Below, piece after piece: positions 60,744 to 64,000 of a stretch of DNA of 64,000 bases; positions within the stretch are counted from its first letter, which is position 1; each line of letters begins with the position of its first letter. A program made the translations under genes and the position numbers. Source of the DNA: Phormidesmis sp. (GTDB lineage: Bacteria; Cyanobacteriota; Cyanobacteriia; Leptolyngbyales; Leptolyngbyaceae); NCBI GenBank assembly GCA_965248535.1, contig CBDFJR010000002.1, positions 192,001 through 256,000 on the forward strand, given 5' to 3'. The notes beneath the pieces were generated by a model, which saw only the letters and a list, made by a program, of their open reading frames with translations, ran no database searches and had not been told where the DNA came from.

Positions 60744-62063
60744 GTGACATCCTCCCCCCCAACCGCTAGGCGTTATGGAGCGGGCTTCTCAAAGTCGACT
60801 TTGAGGTTTCCTGCTTCATCGGGGTTCCCAGGCAACCTTCCTCCACAGGCAGTATCACGGTGTGTCCCACCGCTACAAGTCCACGCTGCCTCACCACTTG
60901 GGCGGCAGCCACATCTCGGTCAGTGACATATCCACACTCCCCACACTCATGCACCCGCTCACTCAGGTCTTTCTTTCCGGTCTGCGCTCCGCAGTTGGGG
61001 CAAGTTTGACTTGTCCCGTTGGGGTCTACCTGGGCAAAGAACACGCCGCGCTTCCAACTCACCCATTTGAGGATGTTGAGGAAGCCATCCCATGCAGCAT
61101 CCAGGCTGTTCGTGCAGTGGTCGAATCTTGGCTTGTACTTTCCGGTAGTTCGCAGAACCCTGTTTTTTGTTTCTCAATTTGCGTTGCAGCCATTTCAGCT
61201 TGCCTTGCAAGTCCACAAAGAAGCGGGGTCGTTGAATCAACGCTCCGGTCGAAACCGCCAAGAACTTTTCCAAACCTAAATCAATGCCGATGGGTTCACC
61301 ATGGGGCAAAATATCGGGCACTTGAACCTCACATTGCAGAATCAGTTGGGCGTACCATCCCGATGCTTTCTTCACCACGCGCACTTGCTTGAGGTCGAAC
61401 CCATCGGGAAGGGGACGATGCAAGTTGATGGGCACCAATCCCACCTTCGGCAGCTTAATCTGAGTCCCTCGGAGTGGGCTTGCCCTGAACTGCGGAAACA
61501 CAAACGAGCGAATCTGACCAAACTTTTTGAAGCGCGGGAAACCAAATTCTCGCGCTTTCATGAACTTGAAAGATTTGTCCAGCCGTTTCAGGATGTCTTG
61601 CAACACTTGGGCATCGACTTTCTGAAGGTCTGGACGTTCTTTCTTGGCTTGAGTCAGGGCTTTCTTTTGTTTGTAGTAGTCGGGATAGGGTGCGTTGACT
61701 GGAATGATAAATTCCGCTCTGAGGCTGCAAGCGTTGACGGCGCACTGGCGCGAATTCATCCAGTCTTTGCGCTCTCGCAAGGCAAAGTTGTAGACCTTGC
61801 GACATTGCTCCAACCAGAACAGCATTTCAGCTTCCTGGATGAGGTCTGGATAGATTCGGTAAGTGTAAGTCAGGCTCAACATTCCGCGATTCTAACCCAA
61901 TTAACAATTTTGCTAGAGCGCCTGAGACAGTGGCGTTTCCTCGCCGTGTCCAAGCCTTGGCGCAACATCGTTAAGCAATAGTCAAGGACACAACTCGTCA
62001 ACGCCCTGGCTTTCATCCCACACCAAACGAAGCGGTATGGTGTGGGGTCTCCCGCCGAGTTAG
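60744..62063 (-). mobile_element. IS200/IS605-family tnpB element, internally deleted
   Basis: Left end CTAG|ctaactcggcgggAGAC-CCCACACCA..TGGTGTGGG hairpin; right end GAAG-(degenerate hairpin)-gaggatgTCAC. Confidence 0.8.
60766..61882 (-). pseudogene. tnpB: tnpB pseudogene with an internal deletion and frameshift near 61108
   Basis: N-part runs to IGIDLG...IRPLHE, then jumps frame to SLDAAW...TSQTCPNC...CGEC..DRDVAAA; the RuvC-II (EDL) segment is absent. Confidence 0.85.
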
Positions 62064-62125
62064 CTAGATTTGGTAATATAGATGCGCTGTTGTCGGAACT
62101 CTCAATGCTTTTTGAACCAGAGAGA

Positions 62126-63052
62126 TTAGGCAGACTTGATGGGAACGATGCCCCGATCGAACACCTGATAATCCGTCCCGATGCCTTGAATCTCTAGGCG
62201 ATCGGCATACACTTCGACTCCAGAAAAGCCAAACCGCGACACAGAATATTCTGTCCACGGCGATCGCCCAACCGGACGCAAATAAGCGCCACCAATGCCC
62301 GTAATCAGATAGGTGGTGCCATCAATAGGACGAGTTCGCTCATAGCTATGCTCGTGACCGTTGATATAAAGCTGAACGCCATGTTTCTTAAAGACTGGTG
62401 TCAGCAGACTAACCATTTCTGGACTGGTGCCATATTGCCCCGACGAATAGATCGGGTGGTGACCATAGACAATTTTCCAGGGTGCTGTGCTGTTGCTCAA
62501 CGCTTGATTGAGCCAAGCGAGTTGCCCCTTCCAATCGGCGTTGGTGTTGGTGTCTAACACAAAGAACTGCGCCGACTGCTCCCGAAATGTGTAGTGCCGC
62601 CCCTGCATGTTGTATCCGGCATAGCTCAATTGCGGCTCACCGTTGGCATTGCGAATGTCGTGGTTGCCCAAACAAGCGTGAAATTTGACTCCCTGCTTGA
62701 GCAATGTGGCATAAGGCTGCTCAAACACTGCCCCAATTTTCTCCATTTCGCCATTGGTGTAGATGTTGTCACCCGCCAGCACTGCCAGCGAATAGGGATT
62801 TTTCTGATAGTAGTGAGTCATCGCCTCCGAGACGGCATTCTGATTATGATCGCCCGCTCCCACGTCGGCCACTGCCACAAATCGCAGCACCAGATCTTTT
62901 TGGGTAGAAGGCCCGATCGCAGTTGTTGCCCCCGCCTTGAGTGGAGAGCCTGCCGATTGAGATGACGGCCCGATCAGGGTTTTTGCGATCGCGGCCAACC
63001 CTAGACCACTCAACCCACCCACGATCAGAAATTTGCGGCGTTTTAAGCTCAT
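62126..63052 (-). CDS. Tat-exported calcineurin-like metallophosphoesterase
   Basis: KRRKFL Tat motif; ADVG, GDNIY, GNHD, GHEH. Confidence 0.9.
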   Translation of the reverse strand: MSLKRRKFLIVGGLSGLGLAAIAKTLIGPSSQSAGSPLKAGATTAIGPSTQKDLVLRFVAVADVGAGDHNQNAVSEAMTHYYQKNPYSLAVLAGDNIYTNGEMEKIGAVFEQPYATLLKQGVKFHACLGNHDIRNANGEPQLSYAGYNMQGRHYTFREQSAQFFVLDTNTNADWKGQLAWLNQALSNSTAPWKIVYGHHPIYSSGQYGTSPEMVSLLTPVFKKHGVQLYINGHEHSYERTRPIDGTTYLITGIGGAYLRPVGRSPWTEYSVSRFGFSGVEVYADRLEIQGIGTDYQVFDRGIVPIKSA

Positions 63053-63171
63053 AGTCTAAATTGTGTGAGAGAACAAAGGGCTAGCGCAAAATGGTAAATT
63101 GATGCTCGTAGAGTGGCACCTGTTAAAAGGAACTGCCGATGTCTGTTTGTGCCGCCTCAAAGGAGATTTGT

Positions 63172-64000
63172 ATGCCCCAAGCCCGCAAAGGAGATTTGTA
63201 TCAAGACGACCCCAATCAGCCAGACGCTTCTGAGGCAAAATCGCCTCCACCCAGTGTGGCACAGTCGCCCCTCACCTCTGAGCATGCTCCCAGTTTAACA
63301 AAAGTGCATAAAACTGCCGGGCACGCTTCTGAGGCAAAATCGCCTCCACCCAGTGTGGCACAGCCCCTCACCTCTCCAGATTCTGCCTTGGCTGCGATCG
63401 GTGAGCATTAGACTCTTACAAACCACTGTTCAGGCTCTTGAAAGCACGATCGCCAAGCTAGAAGCCGATACGTCAACCGGGGCAACGTTGCCCATCTCGC
63501 CCAAACTGCAAACCCAGATGCGATCGCTGTGGGAACGCTTGGTGCCTTTGCTGAAAAAGGTTTGGCACTGGTTTGTGCCTCTCTGGGCCAAGCTTTTGAC
63601 TCAAATTAGAACTCGACTGCCCGAAAACCTAAGTCAGACGCTCACCGATCGTGCTCTTTCTAGCGTTGTTGCAGGTGTTCTCATCCTCGTGCTGTGGACG
63701 ACTTCTAACCTGTTTGCGTCCAAACCACCAACCCAAGTGGCGATCGTGCCCCAACCCGTTCAAAAAACGGCTCCTGTTCCTAAAGTCTCGCCCGCGTCTA
63801 AACCCATTCAGCCAGAATTTGGTAGTCCTGCTCCGCAGCCGATTCCGACGGAGTTGACCGCCCCCGAACCGGAGAAGCCCGCCCCCGCGATCGCCGAGAT
63901 CCCGGCTGAACCTGTTGCTCCCAGCCCTGAACCGACTCCGATCGTAGAACCCATTCTTGAACTAGAGAAGCCTGCACTGCCAGTTGTTGAACTTACTCCA
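63172..64000 (+). CDS. Pro-rich single-TM hypothetical protein, truncated by the window end; possible frameshift near 63360-63390 or a later start
   Basis: AGGAG then ATG 63172 opens a frame to 63411; another frame is open from 63299 to 64000 (LPWLRSVSIRLL...IRTRLPENLS...VLILVLW...PEP-rich). Confidence 0.55.
63224..63375 (+). repeat. Direct repeat, two copies of about 55 bp, 99 bp apart
   Basis: ACGCTTCTGAGGCAAAATCGCCTCCACCCAGTGTGGCACAG(TCG)CCCCTCACCTCT at 63224-63279 and 63323-63375. Confidence 0.9.

Larger units (their letters stand above)
1..64000. repeat. HIP1 octamer GCGATCGC dispersed across the window
   Basis: Very frequent GCGATCGC and core CGATCG in coding and intergenic DNA (not counted). 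Confidence 0.9.

Noticed and set aside
61890..62010. Possible divergent tnpA remnant inside the second IS element
   Set aside because: No HUH or catalytic Tyr motif is recognisable in this ~120-bp stretch.
331..63857. The many remaining 60-150-aa ORFs in the track that overlap assigned genes
   Set aside because: Alternate-frame or antisense shadows with no recognisable features.

Overview
This is a mostly core-genome segment of a cyanobacterial chromosome. The HIP1 octamer GCGATCGC is frequent throughout, and hetZ/patU homologues plus heptamer tandem repeats point to a filamentous lineage. Recognisable genes include sigF, chlD, ftsQ-ftsZ, moeA, rpmG-rpsR-RNase II, plsX-fabH-fabD-plsC, thyX (split by an HNH-bearing intein), exbB-exbD, speY (DHS-like homospermidine synthase), cobO, an FG-GAP/CARDB surface protein, hetZ-patU, desC, a proA paralogue lacking the catalytic Cys, a PGM1-like ATP-grasp ligase, a non-canonical PRK-family kinase, a CyaB1-type adenylate cyclase, recN and an ABC1 kinase. 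There are two tnpB-only IS200/IS605 elements, one intact and one internally deleted; their ends and target motifs can be read from the sequence. The most notable unexplained structure is the ~520-nt leader of speY. It holds an unannotated 43-aa (or 25-aa) upstream ORF whose stop codon lies inside a long nested hairpin that is mutually exclusive with an intrinsic-terminator hairpin. This is a candidate polyamine-responsive leader-peptide attenuator or riboswitch. Two clear frameshifts (ftsZ, the FG-GAP gene) and a possible third (last gene) are probably assembly indels. No rRNA, tRNA or CRISPR array was seen. All calls are by eye, without database searches.
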